Assembly (NCBI RefSeq): GCF_036321535.1
Contig: NC_087437.1
Coordinates: forward strand, 75,084,001-75,148,000
From: Camelus dromedarius
Lineage: Eukaryota
DNA length: 64,000 nt
Direction: 5' to 3'
Every line of letters starts with the position of its first letter. The first letter of the stretch is position 1. The notes beneath the pieces are model-generated. The model saw only the letters and a list, made by a program, of their open reading frames with translations. It did not search any database and had not been told where the DNA came from. Positions 27,350-41,771 of this stretch are shown piece after piece. The position numbers and the translations under genes were made by a program.

Positions 27350-30030
27350 AAATCAACTTTTAATTTTAGAACACTTTAATATTTACATAATTGTGATGAA
27401 AGCAGCACAGAGAGTTCCTATATGCTCCACAACTGGTTTTCCTTCTTAACATTCTACATTCCATGAGTACCTTTATCTCAGTTAGTGATGGTGTATCTTT
27501 CTCTGTCCCTTTACTTTCAACCTATCAGTGTCTTTATATTTAAAATGATATCTTACAAACCACAAATAGTTGGGTATTTTTAATCCACTCGGACAGTCTC
27601 TGTCTTTTAATTAAGTCATGTAAACCATTCACATTTAGAATGATTATTGATATATTTGGATTAACATCAAACAATTTTGGAACTGTTTTCTATTCATTGC
27701 CAGGGGCTTCTATTTCTGTCTTCTCTGCTTCAAATTGAGCATTTTATAAGATTCCAGTTTCTCTCCTTTCTTTGCATGCCAATTATACTTTATAAAAACC
27801 AAATTTACTGTTTGTCCTAGAATTTGCAGTACATATTTTATAACTAAGTCTACCTTCAATAAAACTATGCCAGTTCCTGTGTAGTGCGGGACCTTCTAAC
27901 AGAGTATTCCCAATTCCTCCTTCTCATCCCTTGTGACATTGCTGTCAGAAGCTCATTTATCCGTAATGTTATAATCATCCAATACGTTGTTACTGTTATT
28001 GCTTTAAATAGTTATTTTTAGACCGACTAAGAATTTAGTAAAAATTTTACTTTGCCTGCATTTACTGCTTCTCCAGAATGTGTACTTTATTTATGTAGAT
28101 TCAGGTTTCTGACCTATATATCATTTTCCTTCCTCCTGAAAAAAGTCTTTTACCATTTCTTACACAGTAGGTCTACTGGTGATGAATTTATCCCATTTTT
28201 ATTTGTCTGAGACAGTCTTCATTTCTCCTTCACTTTTGAAGGATAATTTCACTACATGTAGAATTCTAGGTTGACGAATTTTTTTCTTTCAATACTTTAA
28301 ATATTTTATTACACTTTCCTCTGGTTTGCCTCTTTTGACAAATCTGCTGTAATTCTCAACCTTGTTCTTCTGTAGGTAAGGTGTTTTTTTTAATTTACTA
28401 TTTCCCCTTGGCTTCTCTCAAGGTTTTCTCATTGTCTTTGGTTCTCCACAGTTTGACTATGATATATGCACGTGTGCTTTTTGATACTAATTATGATTTG
28501 TATTCTCTGGGCTTCTGTGTATCTTTCTCATATCTTCACTATGCAACTTGTTGGGTTTCCTGGAGGTAATGCTGATAAAGTATGGGGTAACCCCTAAAAC
28601 TTTGACCCTCACCCAGGAGTTGCTCATCCATCAGCAATTCATTAAAATTACCATTTAAGTGTTTCTATCAGTTTACGCCTTCAGGGGCTTCTGCTTAAGC
28701 TAAGCAAATCTCACTATGATGCTCGATTTGCCTGTCTCTGCAGATTTCAGGGCAGTGTTTTGCACTGCAAACTGAGTTCTCTGATGGGTCCAAGAAAAGG
28801 TGTTGACTTTTAGTTTGTATAACTTTTTTTTTTTTTATAGCAAAGACAGGAGTGATGACCTCTAAGCTCTTTAAATGTTGGAGCTGAAACCTGCATTTAA
28901 CTTTAATTGCCTGTCTTTTGCAGATGAAAATTTCATACTTAAATCTTAAAAATGTTTGTGCTTTTCTTCCTGACAATACATCAGCCACCATTGATTTAGA
29001 TTTTTATCACCAGCAATAAAAAATCCACAGACCATTTTACATCGCATGCTGCCTATTTTGCATCTACGGTGCTTCCTTTTATTTTGTTGAAAATGCCTGG
29101 CTTTATAGCCTTCAGCCACAAATCTTAAATGTACAAATGAACATAAATTACATCAAATAGCCCATTTCAATGTACGTATAGATGGTTCCCTTATGTTGCA
29201 TTTTTTACCTTTTTATTGTGAAATGCATAGTCAAAAGAATGTACAAAACACACATGTACAATTTAGAGAATGATTATAAAATCATACCACCCACATTAAG
29301 AAAAACAAGATTGCTAGTTAGAAGCCTCTAATACAACACAAGATGGTTATGGAAATAGTGAGCGTTCTTGCCCTGTTCCTGATAATTCCAACGTCTGTGT
29401 CATATCTGAGTATGGTTCTGATGGTTTGTCTCTTACTTACTGGGAAAGCTTCTAGAGTCCCTCTACTACATAGACTGATTAGTTTAAGTCGCAAACTATA
29501 TGGTTTTTATCATGTTACTCAGGTATCTCAGTTACTGTTTTAGTCAGTGTTTCCCTCAGGAATGAGTATCCAGTTATTTTTAAGATCTTTCAACATATAT
29601 GGATATATTCAAATTATTTTTCCCTTAAATCTATTAATATAGTGAATTAAATTAACAAATTTAATTGAATAAATTGGATGATCCTTATATTCTGGGAACA
29701 AATCATAGTTGGTCATGATGTCTTTTTTTTAATCTGCTGGTTAATCCAACTTGCTAATATTGCCCCAATTTTTGCATCAATATTCACAATTTACTGGTAT
29801 AGCGTTTTCTTTTGAGTATGTGCTAACTTTGTCAAGTTTGTGCTATAGTTTATAGAGTATAAACTCTGAATGTTAGAATTATCTTTGCTTCATAAAAGGA
29901 ATTTGGAAGTTTTTCTTTTTTTTTTTCTATACCTGGAGACAATGTCATAGTGTTGAAATTATTTTGTCTTTGAAAGGTTGATACACTCCCTCCTGTGAAA
30001 CTATCTGTTCCTGGTGTATGTTTTGTAGAG
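27350..30030 (-). mobile_element. Cluster of old antisense L1 fragments
   Basis: ttttatttgtctgagacagtcttcatttctccttcacttttgaaggataatttc...tttctttcaatactttaaata; ttggtcatgatgtc...tttgcatcaatattcac: antisense L1 text. Confidence 0.75.
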
Positions 30031-30607
30031 TAATTCTCTGATGTTTCTCTCTACATCTTCCTGTTTTATTTTTCCCATGTTTTTCTCCCTCAGTGTTGTT
30101 TGTTTTCATATCTGCAAATGCTTATTTAAATATATTTAATTTAGGTTTAAGTGTAGTTTTTTTTATAACTTTTTCTGCCTCATGTTTGTTGTTGAGAGAG
30201 AAATTTTGTCATGATAAGTCTTGATTCTCATGGAAATGGGCTTGAAACTTGTAAAGACCAGAAATTTTAAAATTGGGCAGAAATGGATTTGCTCTCCTCT
30301 TCCTGGGACCTGGGAGCAGAATTATTATAGTAGAAATTTTCTTTTAGCCTCTTATATACATTCTTTTTACAATATACTGACATTTGTTTTATAATACAAA
30401 ATTGATGCTTTAGGTGGGGCCAGAAGGCAAAAGACTTGTGCATGTCTTCTTGTCTAATGGGTAAAATTTTGCACTCAATGGATCAGTTTTGAATATTATA
30501 AATTGAGAAGCAAGAGCATTGTGTCTCATATCCAGTGTCTTATCTATTACTTTTGTTTGATTGATGTCAACTTAAGCAACCAGGCCCACATAAAAATGTA
30601 TGTATGC

Positions 30608-30986
30608 ATAATATGGGCTGATTTGTATCCCCCCAAAATTCATATGTTGAAGTGCTAACCCCCAGTACCTCAGAACGTGACTATATTTGAAGATAGAGTC
30701 TTTTAAAAGGTAATTAAAGTAAAATTAGGTCATATGGGTGGGCCCCAATCCTATACGGCTAGTGTCGTGAGAAGATGGATTAGGACACAGACATACACAA
30801 AGGGAAGACAATGTGAAGACTCAGGGAGTAGACAGCTGTCCACAAGCCAGAGAGAGACCTCAGAAGAAAGAAACTGTACCGATGCCTTGACTTCTAGCTC
30901 CTAAACTGTAGGGACGTACATATGTGATGTGTTGTTTAAGCCAGTCTGTGACACTCTGTTATGCTAGCACTTAGCTAACTAATACA
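30608..30986 (+). mobile_element. MLT1 (MaLR) solo LTR, MLT1A/B-like
   Basis: atgggctgatttgtatccccccaaaattcatatgttgaagtgctaacccccagtacctcagaacgtgact...tttaagccagtctgtg...ctaactaataca. Confidence 0.85.
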
Positions 30987-32302
30987 TGACAGTATTTGCT
31001 TCACTGCTTGGAAACAAGATCAGGAAAATGACTATGCTGAGATGCCCAGGATTCTAAAGAACCAAGTTTTCAGGCAACTGTTAACAGAAATTTGGACGTG
31101 TAAATTTCCACTAAGTCAATTTGCCAGTGTTGGATGATTGGCTGACACTATACTCGTTGCTGATACATTGATCATTCTCTTTTAATTCTTCAAAGAAGTA
31201 ATTTTCAACAGATTTTTTTTTCAGCCAAGAAAGATGATTAATGGTAGTATCTATTTTTTTACTCAGTCCTGTAAATGAAATGAGTTCTAAGTGATTTATT
31301 TCTCTATTATCAAAACTCTTACCTAACTCTTAAATGTTTCCTTGTTTGCATTTATTTTGTCCTGTGCTGATAAATATTCATAGTTCATTCCTGAAATTAT
31401 GTGTTGAAGGTTCAGCCTTGAAAAATTATCTGCTGAATAAGCTAAATTTATGAGTGTCTATTTATCCTTAAAATGGGAAACAAATTCATATGCCTTTCCC
31501 AGTTTTACCCTTTGCCATGGCGGCTTTTTCTTTTATTAATGAATGAAAAAATAGCAATTCAAGTCTCGGTTTGAAAACTGACCAGTAACTTACCCTGGCT
31601 GAGAAAATGTATTACTTTGCAGCAAAATACATTTAAAAAAAAAAAAGTCATATGTAACTCTTTTAAATTTATTTTTATCCCTTTCTTGAACACACAAAGG
31701 CAGACTTTGAGGCAAAGTGTCTCGCTGCTGTATTCAGAGAGCTTAGTGGTCACACGAGCATCCACTTTGGGAGTCTTGTTCCTTGTAGATTTGGCACCAA
31801 TTTTCCCCACATCTGTACGTATGTTCCATTGAATAACATGCTCAATAAAATTCTTGCTAAAAACTTCATCAGTTATTTTACCATCAAGTACATTATAAAT
31901 TAACCTGAATTCAGATGTTGCTGGTATAAATGTAGTAAAAATAATAAAGTGACCAAATCATTGATGTCTGTATTTTCATCCAACTCCACAATAAAGAATG
32001 AAGTTAACCTCTACCTCTCAGCAACTAGTTCAGATCTAGCCTTACCTCCAGCACACTGCTTCATCAGATTTTCTCCTCTTACATGAGGTCCACTTTCCAA
32101 AGCAGTCCCAAAACTGAGCTTAAGGAAAAACATCAGGGGATTGTATTCTCCTGCTTGATTGTGCATTTCATGGTGTGACTCCTCAACACGATTTCTTGTC
32201 TTCTTTTCTTTTTTTAGTTTCAAAAAATAGAAATTTTACTAATGACCAAGTGATTAATTCATGAACACTCAACTTTCACACTTTCTCAAGAATTCCAAAG
32301 TT

Positions 32303-32358
32303 TGGGTTTTTGGTTTTTGGTTTTTTGGGGTTTTTTTTTTTTTTTTTTTTTTTTTTTT
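32303..32358 (+). repeat. T-rich simple repeat: (GGTTTTT)n followed by poly-T
   Basis: Directly visible. Confidence 0.85.
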
Positions 32359-35291
32359 GCATTTTGAGTCACCTCCTGGGCACAACTTGGTTCTAAGAAA
32401 TGAATAATGGGGAGGGAACACTAAGAAAGACAGGGAATTTAGCACTGCTTTAATATAGAACTACAGTAAAACTAAGGTTGTGTGCATCTGGGGAAGCTCC
32501 AAGGGAGAGCTGAACATGGGAAAGAAAGAACTGAGGGGAGCAGACACATTTTGGGTGGAGGATATAGAGAGGAGGGTGATGGTGAAAGAGGATTTTTGAA
32601 GATGCTTGCTTCGCTTTAAAATCAACTTTCCTCTATTTAGACTTTCCTTACACAAAGAGACTGATTAAATTGCCAATCATTTAAATTACTTTTTAGCTGT
32701 CAAAACCAGACAATGTGGGATCCAGGACTGAATTTACACTGGATGTCACCTCAGGGCTTTTTAACAGAAGAATCACAACAAAAAAGAATGGAAAATAACA
32801 ACAACAACAAAAAAACTCTTCCCGAGGCAATGATTTGGCTATGGCCTGATTCTTCACAGTTGGTTCCCCTCTAATTATACCAAACCACCAAACTCCTTAC
32901 TGTTCAATTAAGTGGTTCTATTAGGCTTCTGAAAAGCCTTCCCAAAGAGCCTTAGGAAGAGTTCATCTCAAGTGGGCCCTCCAGAAATACTACTGAAATG
33001 TATCAATTAATTTACATTTCTAGTCATCTGCTTTTGCTATCATGCCACCCTGTTCAGTTTCCCTTTGTTTTGCATCAGCTTCTTGGTAAAAATCTTCATG
33101 AAAATTGCCATCTGTCACCACTATGATAAAGTAGGCAGATCAGCAGGTAAGTGGGGTGCCCACACCGGGAGCTGAGTAAGACACAGAGCAGCTTAAGCAT
33201 AAAAGTGTCTCCCCTCCTGCTCAGAATAACAAGTTGCTTCTCAGAAGCTTTTCCAAAACCGGGAAGCTGGTTGTGACTGGCAAAGGGTTCAGGAGACATC
33301 TCCCCAAGCCCACTCCAGCCTCCCAGGGCTCTGTTGGAGGGCAGACTCTGAGCCTAGTACATGCAGAGACAGGCCACCCTCTGCCGCATTTCCTCAGGGG
33401 GAGGGGTGGCGATGGGCCAGTTCATTCTCAGCTGCACAGAACGGCTCCTGGGAAAGGCTGTGTGCAGCACACCTCAAACCACACGGGTGCACACAGCGGG
33501 GCATCTGTGTCTGCAGACCTGAGTGGCTTGTCTAGATGCTGTTTCAGTCAGGAGGGGGATAGCACTTTGCTTTGTGGTTGGGCCTAAATTTACCCTCCCC
33601 TTGTCAACCCCAATCTTAAAATACCTTCAACCTGCTACATTCTCCATTCAGTTGCTTTTAACTTTGCTCTCCGATGCAATTTCCCTCACAGATGGGGAAT
33701 GATAGAGCACTTTAGGTAAGTGTACTATTTTGAGAGGCAATTAAATCATCTTAGTGTAATGGGCTGCTTATGGCCTCAAAGGGCTGGCCCCTAAGCAGAC
33801 GGCTTCTCCCCAGCTGTGCTTCACCTCTGGTAATGAGCTTTCACAGATGGGAGAGAATGTTCCTCTTGCTGCTCTCACTGTATATTGATAAATTGTGCTT
33901 ACCTGCGTTGCATTACTACTTCTTCTTTCAACACAGCCCCCATGTATTGTGCTAAGCACTGGGGATACAGAGGTGAGAAGATTACTGCGGACTTTGTAAC
34001 CTACCAGAAACCAGATATGAAAATAATGAGTCATACTAGAAATCTCAATGAAAGAAGTGTTAGGACAGAGGCATTTGTAAGACGCTATGCTTAATCCTGG
34101 TGACAAGAAGAGAAACTGGCCTTTGAGAAAGGACTTAAATGAGTAAATGGAGAAGCAGGAAGAGGCTTTCCAAACAAATGGGAAAGTATGACTTAGAGCC
34201 AAGGGATGTCAAAGAGCATGTCATCTAAATTCTATACATGTGTCTGTTAAGTCAATTGGCTTAACTATTTTTCAAATCCTTGATATCCTTATTATTATTT
34301 TATCATTTGAAATGTCAACCTCTAATAAAGGAGTGTCTTCTACTGTTAAGTATTTTTCTCAATTTTCCTTTTATTTCTATTAATTTTAAAATTTCATGTA
34401 TTTTATGCCATGTTTATCAGTATCTAAACTTTCATTGCTATTTTATCTTTTGATTGATTACATTTTTATAAATATAAATAAAATTAGTCATCTTTGTCTG
34501 GTCTAGTATTTTTGGCTTAAAATTCCACTTTGCCTAATTCATTAAAGTACTTGCATTAAATTAAGTAAAATAGTTGAGTCTATGATAATTGGACCCCAGT
34601 CTTCTGCCTGGACCTTGAGAAGGAATAAGACAATGAGAGATGATCCTAACCTTTGATATTGCAGCCTGGAAGGGTAGTGATCAGGAAGACATATTTTTGG
34701 TGTGTAGGAACTTGGGAAATAGCAGAAGAAAGTAAATCTGTGAAAGTTCTGAATCCTGGACACATGCCAAAGCCAAAACAGTTAATGTGACATTCACTTC
34801 TTTTTGGATACTTCTTTGAAACCCAAACTCACTTGTCCAGCTCTTCGAAAGTTAGGAGATGTGAGGCTCTGTAGAGTTGATCTGTTATCCAGGGTAAACC
34901 ATGAACACTTCCTGGATGCCCAGTGAGATACATGTTCTTCCCCAGGAAAGATTGTTCCTTCAGTGAGACCATTCGACCATGGACTGGAGGTAGGAAAACA
35001 GAAGGGAAGGTAGTTGGTTACACTGTATCTTTGTTCATAAATAAAAAAGCCACTTTATCATTTTGGTTGAATTATATAAGCTGAGGAGAAGTGTTATTTA
35101 ATTCAACTAGGGCAAAAGAAGAACAGTTCCCAGGGAGTTGTACTTCAAGAACTGGACACAGAGCTGAGGAATCTTTCCTCTCCTGCACTTGGTCTCAATG
35201 ACAAGATCTGAATTTGGGGCTGATGAGACTTTGGGGGTAATTATAAGTTGCATGTGAGAGGGATGCGAATTGTCATGTCCGGATAGAAGTC

Positions 35292-35800
35292 TGTGACAAA
35301 AGGTATTTTCCAAAGATGGATGTAATGAGATCTGCCTTCTTACTAGCCACCTCTTGCTTGCTCTGTCCAGTCATGTAATGTGACCTTGTCACTCTCCATC
35401 AGTTTCCCTCTGCTTGAATCTGGTTTGGCCTTAGTAACTTACTTGACTAACAGAACACGGTGGTAGAAGTGATGTCAGGCATTTTCAAGACCAGGCCATA
35501 AGAAGCCTTGCAGCTTCCTCCTGGGTCTCTTAGAATACTTGCTCTCGTGGAAGCCCTTCTTATAAAACCAGCCACCATACGGAAGGAAGCCCAAGCTCCT
35601 GAAGATGAACACGTGCTACCATAATTAACAGCCCTATTTAAGCTCGCAGCCAACATCAAGCAGTGTGAGTGAGAGCCCTCTTGACCACCTAGCCCTGCTG
35701 AGCCTTCAGATGCCAACATCTGGCCACAACTGCTTGAGCAACCTCAAGTGAAAACCATCTACCGGAACTTGAAAGATAACAATAAAGGTAGCCAGTATTC
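35292..35800 (+). mobile_element. MLT1 (MLT1F/G/H-like) MaLR LTR
   Basis: gactaacagaacacggtggtagaagtgatg...ggccataagaagccttgcagcttcc...gccaccatacggaaggaagcccaagc...ccttcagatg. Confidence 0.7.
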
Positions 35801-37356
35801 TTAGACAGTCATAGTACTGTGTTGGTGGCCCCACCGATGATGAAACAAACTTTCTCTGCCTCTCCTCTTCCTTTTCTGAACATTACAGCTGCCAAAAATA
35901 AAAATGTTTGTTCTTGTTCTATACTTTTTCCTCCCACCTTCCTTTCTTAGAAGCTTGATTTCTGCCATTCAAAGATAGTTTTCACTATCTGAGGTTTCTG
36001 TTTACCTTTAGATTCTTGCTTAATTTCCCTCTGTTTCTAGGAACTCACTGAAGAAAGATATCTGTTTTAATCAATTCTCTCATCATATAGCTTTGCAAAA
36101 CTCAAGAATTGAGCCCTACAAATTCACTTACTTCTCAGTAGTATAAGTATGAAGGGATAGACGTTTAGGAGGAATCCAAGTGAATATGTTATTTAAGGTA
36201 AAGTACTGCTTTCTAACCAAGTTCATAATGTCTGCTATTTTTTGATAGAATAACCACGAACAAAATTTAATCAACTATAATTTGCCTATGCATATACCAT
36301 TAACAACCCAATCATCTGTGGATCTAATTTAATGTAGAACTCTGCAGTAGTCACCTCCCTGTTCTTATCTCACTTGAAAATCCCTTCTTTATTTTTATAA
36401 CAACATGCAGAAGTTGGGTGATTTTGAAAAGCTTGTCTGAAGAAATGTTGATTGGCATTTGCAGAAAGCATGTGAATTTTGCAACTAAATCTATCTGGTT
36501 GAGTAGATTTCATACAGGCTTGGGTAAATCTCAAAACCCTTTCAAACTGTTTCTTCATTTTAAAAACAGGGATGAGGCCATGTCTACTGTGAATAATTCA
36601 TTGAAGTGCAAAACATGCTCTAAGTTGTAAATCCCCAGCCCCTCTCACCTAGCTGGGTTAGGTGTCTCCCAGTGTCCTTCCTGAGCATCCTGTAACCAAC
36701 TACTGTCTGGTTTTCCAATTGTCTGGTGAGTTATCAGCTCACATGTTCCTTAAAGATAAGGGCTATATGTTGCTGACCTAGACAAACTAGGCTCTCAGCA
36801 AATGTTTCACGAATGAATGAATGAATGAGACATTCAAGGCTGGCCCACTTCTCTGAATTTGTTATTATGTATTAAACAGTACAGATATTACAGGACATTT
36901 CCATCATCACAGAAAGGTCTACTGAATAGTGCTGCAATAAATGCAATATTAAACAGTAACCAGACATAGTTTTGAATGAAGAAAAGATTTTTATAGGAAC
37001 AGTGCAAGAATTGTGTGTTCTATTTAGTTAAATATGTGACAATTATCTTCTGAGGATGCTGCAAACCCATCTTAATGTGACTCTTTTAAATACAATTGCA
37101 TAATATGCAAATAATACCTATTTAACATAAGTAACAAAACATCATCTTTATTATGATGAGTGTTAAAGAAGCTTTTTAGGTTTATAAAGGGCAATGTGAC
37201 CAGATCAGCATTTTCTAGAACAAGTTGTAGTACAAACACAATACTAATTGTGACAGGTGCTGAGGGAGCTCGAGCTGGTCTAAAAGCTTTACTTGTGAAT
37301 GATTTTAAATCAAGGAGATGGTTGGCCTAAAGCTTTGATGTGGAGGTAATTAAGCC

Positions 37357-37467
37357 TATTTATTTATTTTATCTTCATTTATTTTTTAACGGAGGTACTG
37401 GGGAATAAACCCAGGACCTTGTGCATGCTAAACACATGCTCTACCACTGAGCTATTAACTTCCCTCC
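37357..37467 (-). mobile_element. Camelid tRNA-derived SINE (Vic-1 type)
   Basis: Reverse complement reads tagctcagtggtagagcatgtgtttagcatgcacaaggtcctggg-tttattccccagtacctcc plus an (AAAT)n tail; same family as 53417-53566. Confidence 0.85.
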
Positions 37468-38196
37468 GTCCTTCCTTTTTTTAAGATACTGTGATTTTAT
37501 GAATTAAATGTTTTAATAATAATCTTTAGGAGGACTGTGTGGTGTTTGGCTAAATGAGAGATACAAAAATGGTGATATCCCAGTCAGGAAAAGAGATACC
37601 AAAATATTTTTTGTAGGAGAGGAGGCAGAGGAGGCACTCTACTTGACATTCAGATGTCTTGCTAATGTTTACTCCTTTAAAGCAGTCAGAAAAATCAGTC
37701 CCATAGATGAAGGGAAGAGAGATCACTTGAAACTAACCTGGAATCCTTTTCAGTTTCTGAGGTTGCTGCTTGCAGGAGAGGGTTCCCTAACCCCCCACCT
37801 CCTTGTCAGCACCTGTCTCCCTGTACAAGTGCCACCCTGGTTGAAATTTAAAGAACACTACTTATTCAGCATAAATAGTTCATTATTTTAGCTTCTAAGA
37901 TTTGACCTAGCTGTGAAAGGATGCTTATGTCAACACATAAAACATTCTTCTAATTTATTTTTCCACCCCAAGCAATGTTGTCCCCCTCTGGAGATCCATC
38001 TTGTCTGCTGTTTTCAAAACAAACCTTATATATTCTTATTAAAGCATCTCATTAAACTTTCATCACAACGCATTATGAAAAAAGAGGCTTCATTCAAAAG
38101 GTTACTCATCGAGTTGCTTGCCCAAATGTCCCATATGATCAATAGCAACTATTAATTTTTAATAAAAACACATTTCCTCCTGCTTTCCCCTGATAG

Positions 38197-38563
38197 TGTT
38201 ATCATGGGCTGAACTGTCCCCTCAAAATGCGTTTCTTGAAGTCCCAACCCCCAGTACCACAGATGTGACTGTATTTGGGGATAGGCCTTGAAAGAGAAAA
38301 TTAAGGTAAAATTAGATTTTATAGGGGGCCCTAAGCCAATATGCCTGGTGTCCTTATAAGAAGAAAGGATTGCGGCACAGACAGGGACAGAGGGAAGAGC
38401 GCGTGAAGACAGGAGGAGGAGAGGACATCCACAAGCCGTGGAGAGAAACCTTGGAAGAAACACCTCTTCGCCTCCTTCATCACAGACGTCTGGCCTCAAC
38501 AACTGTGAGGAAATCATTTTGGTGTTTGAGGACTTTGTTAAGGCAGCTGAGCAAACTAATAAA
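38197..38563 (+). mobile_element. MLT1 (MaLR) solo LTR, MLT1A/B-like
   Basis: atgggctgaactgtccctcaaaatg...gaagtcccaacccccagtacc...gtgactgtatttggggatagg...gtccttataagaag...gcaaactaata. Confidence 0.85.
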
Positions 38564-41500
38564 GGTGTCCATCACCAGAAACACATGATACCTGAGCACA
38601 GAGCCAGGACCTCGAGGGGAACGGAACATGTGAGCCCGAATTTAAAACTCAAATTCAGACCCAGGAAGCAGACTGAAAAGGAGAGTGAATGAACTTCTTG
38701 GTGTTTTCCCTCCCCAGGATGCATCTGCTGTCTTTTCCTTACAACAATGAGAAATCTCTAAATATAACAAAAACTTGTCTGAGAGAAGCAGGTGAGAACA
38801 GGCCAAATGAGGGAAGTCTGGTTTTAATTAGAGAGTCTTGTGCTTAAAAAGCTGATTTTTAAGGTGACTAGGACAGCAGTAGAAAAACCAAAGCAGGAAT
38901 CAGCTTAATGGATATCCTTTCCAACACTGACTAATGAAGTTTGTTTTTTTTTAAAAGCCCAAAGTAAACAATATGCGAGCATGGGGAAAGTTAAATAGGT
39001 GACTAGACTCTCCCGCTGTTTACACGACATGAATGTAAAGACCAGGAACATTTCATTTTAGCAATAATTTCTGGAAGGGAAGGATGTGTTTGGGTATGAG
39101 GTTATTATTTCGGTCTGGGTTTGGGTGTGATTTATGAGTTATCGCAGCCCTAGAGACATACTAGAATGAGATAACACGTTGAGGCTTCATCTTTCAAACC
39201 AAACTAACCGCCTTGACAATGCAAAGAGTTTGTTTCTCCATCTTCAAAATAATCCCATTCAGGCCCAACAGCTTATTAACGAATGCCCGGCTTATTGAAA
39301 TGTGATTCAGAAGAGGATAATAATGCAATAATGTAATTTATTAACAGACGTAATACTAACAAACATCCATGATAATTTTGCACACATGGCCCATTTAATC
39401 CTCATCACAGCTTCTTGAACCATTATTTCCCCATTACAGTGATGAAGGAAGGAAGATCCCCCGTCTCACAGTCAGGAGAGTAGGGAGTGATGTCATGTTC
39501 AGAGATGCAATCAAAGGTCATTTTGAGATTCAAGCAGAGTGCAGGGGACGTGGGGCAGTCTTGAGGGGCATGCTGTAACTTATCATCAGGAAGCAACTAA
39601 AGAGCCTCAGGAAGCTCAGTAGAAGTTACTCAGCTTCAATATATTAGTAGATGAAAGAGCAGATTTTTTATTTTTATTTTTTTTTAACATTATCCAACAG
39701 TTTCAGCAGCCAGAGAGAGAGAGATGGAGAGACACAATCCTGGAAACTGATGAGGCAGAGAGGAAGGGCTGGGGTGGGAGGAAAACAGTCAGAAATCATG
39801 TCGGAGAATGGAAGATCAGGAAAAAGTTTTTTTCACACAAAGAGGATGTTTTTGTGAATGTGATATGCTGGAAGTGAGAGGGCTTTATAGGACAAGAGGA
39901 GAATGTATAGAGATGTTAGGTGAATAGAAAGCTGGAAAAGACAAGTGTGAGAAACAATGAGATGTACCTACTCAGCTTGGGTATCTCCCACCTCTGAGTC
40001 CCCTGAGTTACAGCAAGTTATGAGAGACGTCAGTTACTGCAGAGATCTTCAGTTCCCCAAGAACCTCAGAGTCTCCCTGGAGCCTGAATGAATAAAACAC
40101 ACTTATTTAAGTGTGTGGCAGCCCCGAGAATGCCCTCACAGACCTCCTCCTCCAAGGAGAGGGGCAGAGGGAGAACCCCATTGGCTAATTTGGAAATTCA
40201 TCCTTGCCTGGGGCTCAGACTGATCTTCCCATGGGCTCCTCCTGGCAGAATGAACGCAGTGAGGAGACTAAGGCAGACCCCGTCCTGGTAGACCCAGCCT
40301 CCCCAGTGCGCCAACTTCGGTTCAAAGACTCTTGACACATGCCCTGCATTTGAGGGTGCTGTCGCCCACCCCTCTCCCTCTGTCCTTCACCTGGGGCCGA
40401 GCTGCATTGCAAGTCACAGACCCCTGGCTCCTGGCCGCCTTCCTACTTCTTTTCCTCGGCTCTTTCCTCTAATAAGATCCTGGTGAGTTTCATCCCCTAT
40501 GGGCAGCTGCAGCTCAGAGGACTCAAAGTCCCACAAAGCATTTTATTATTTTTCAAATGTGTACGGATGCTGATAGAATCCTTAACTCTTAAAAGTACTG
40601 CTAAGTTCGTAAGCAGTTTTTGTTATGATGTATTTATTTTTATACCGCAGATGTCTGTGCTTCTTTTCAGCCCACCTTCTGCCACCCTCCTCCAGACTTC
40701 ATCATCTTTCCCCAAGGTTACTGACTCTCCTAAGCATCTCCCTTGCTGCCTTCTAAGCCATTCTCAAAGTGGTGCCCAGAGAATGCTTCCTAAATGCAGA
40801 TCAGTAACAATCTTTCCTAATTCTTTCAGTGAATGAGCAGGACTTGAGAGGATAAAATCATTATGCAGTTCTGTTCTCTCTCCAGTGGACTTTCAAACCC
40901 TCATTTCTGTGCCTACTTTCTCCATTTCAGGGGGAAATCTCAAGCGGGTCCTGTAGCTTTCCTGAGAGTTCAGAAAGAACCAAATAGTCCCTTTGCGTTG
41001 GCATGCAAAATCCAGTTCCAGCTAATGGTTTCCTAACCAGTTGAGTTACATCTGAGTGAGGTTCCCCTCTAACCCCAGCTTGGCCTGTATCAGTTTGGAA
41101 GCCTCTTCTTGGGAGGGGCTGCTTCCTGCTCTGGGCCTCTGCACTTAACTTCCCACCACAGGCTAAGTTCTGCTCATCTTCAGGTCCCATAAATGCCACT
41201 TCCACAGGGGAGATTCCTTTCCACTTTTTCATCCTAACCCTTAACAGATGGTGAATATGTAGGTAATTCTGTGAATCAAACCTGAAGTGAATACTTTCCT
41301 CTGGGATGAGTTAAGTGGTTGGAGAGAAAACTCCAGGAGGGTTGTCTTCCCTCACCTGCGCTGCAGACCTACAAGGTGCTTCCAGAGGAAATGGAAATCT
41401 GGATTTGAATGTGAAACAACCTAGGGTTAAATGTGAACTAACTTAATGTTTTTCAAAATATTATTGCAGGCCAAGCTCTTTAGCCAAAATTTGTCTCAAT

Positions 41501-41640
41501 TATGTTATCAGACCTTCCTTCTTTGCTCCCAGTCTTGCTTTTACCACTGGCTGTGTCCCAGGTCTGCTCTACAGCTAACGTGTCAGTGTTAGACTGAGTT
41601 GTCTTTTGAACAAAGCGGTGGAATTCGATCATTTTCAAGG

Positions 41641-41771
41641 ACCCCCTGACGCTGAGCTCGGGCTGACATCTGAGACACTGACTTGTGGGCCTCATCCTCA
41701 AGTTTTCATTCCTATAATGACAGATGGATCACTAGGGGGTGGAGGTTAGAAAGATATCTTGGGAACTTCCC
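41641..41771 (+). repeat. Local direct duplication A, copy 1 (~130 bp)
   Basis: Aligns by eye with 43122-43253: gctgagctc.ggctgacatctgagaca...tcatcctcaagtttt...tcctataatga...tggatcactag...gaaagatatcttgg. Confidence 0.9.

Noticed and set aside
36870..36958. 12-bp direct repeat (tattaaacagta) flanking ~65 bp, resembling a TSD
   Set aside because: The first copy appears to be internal to a MER3-like terminal fragment and the sequence is AT-rich; not convincing as an insertion signature.
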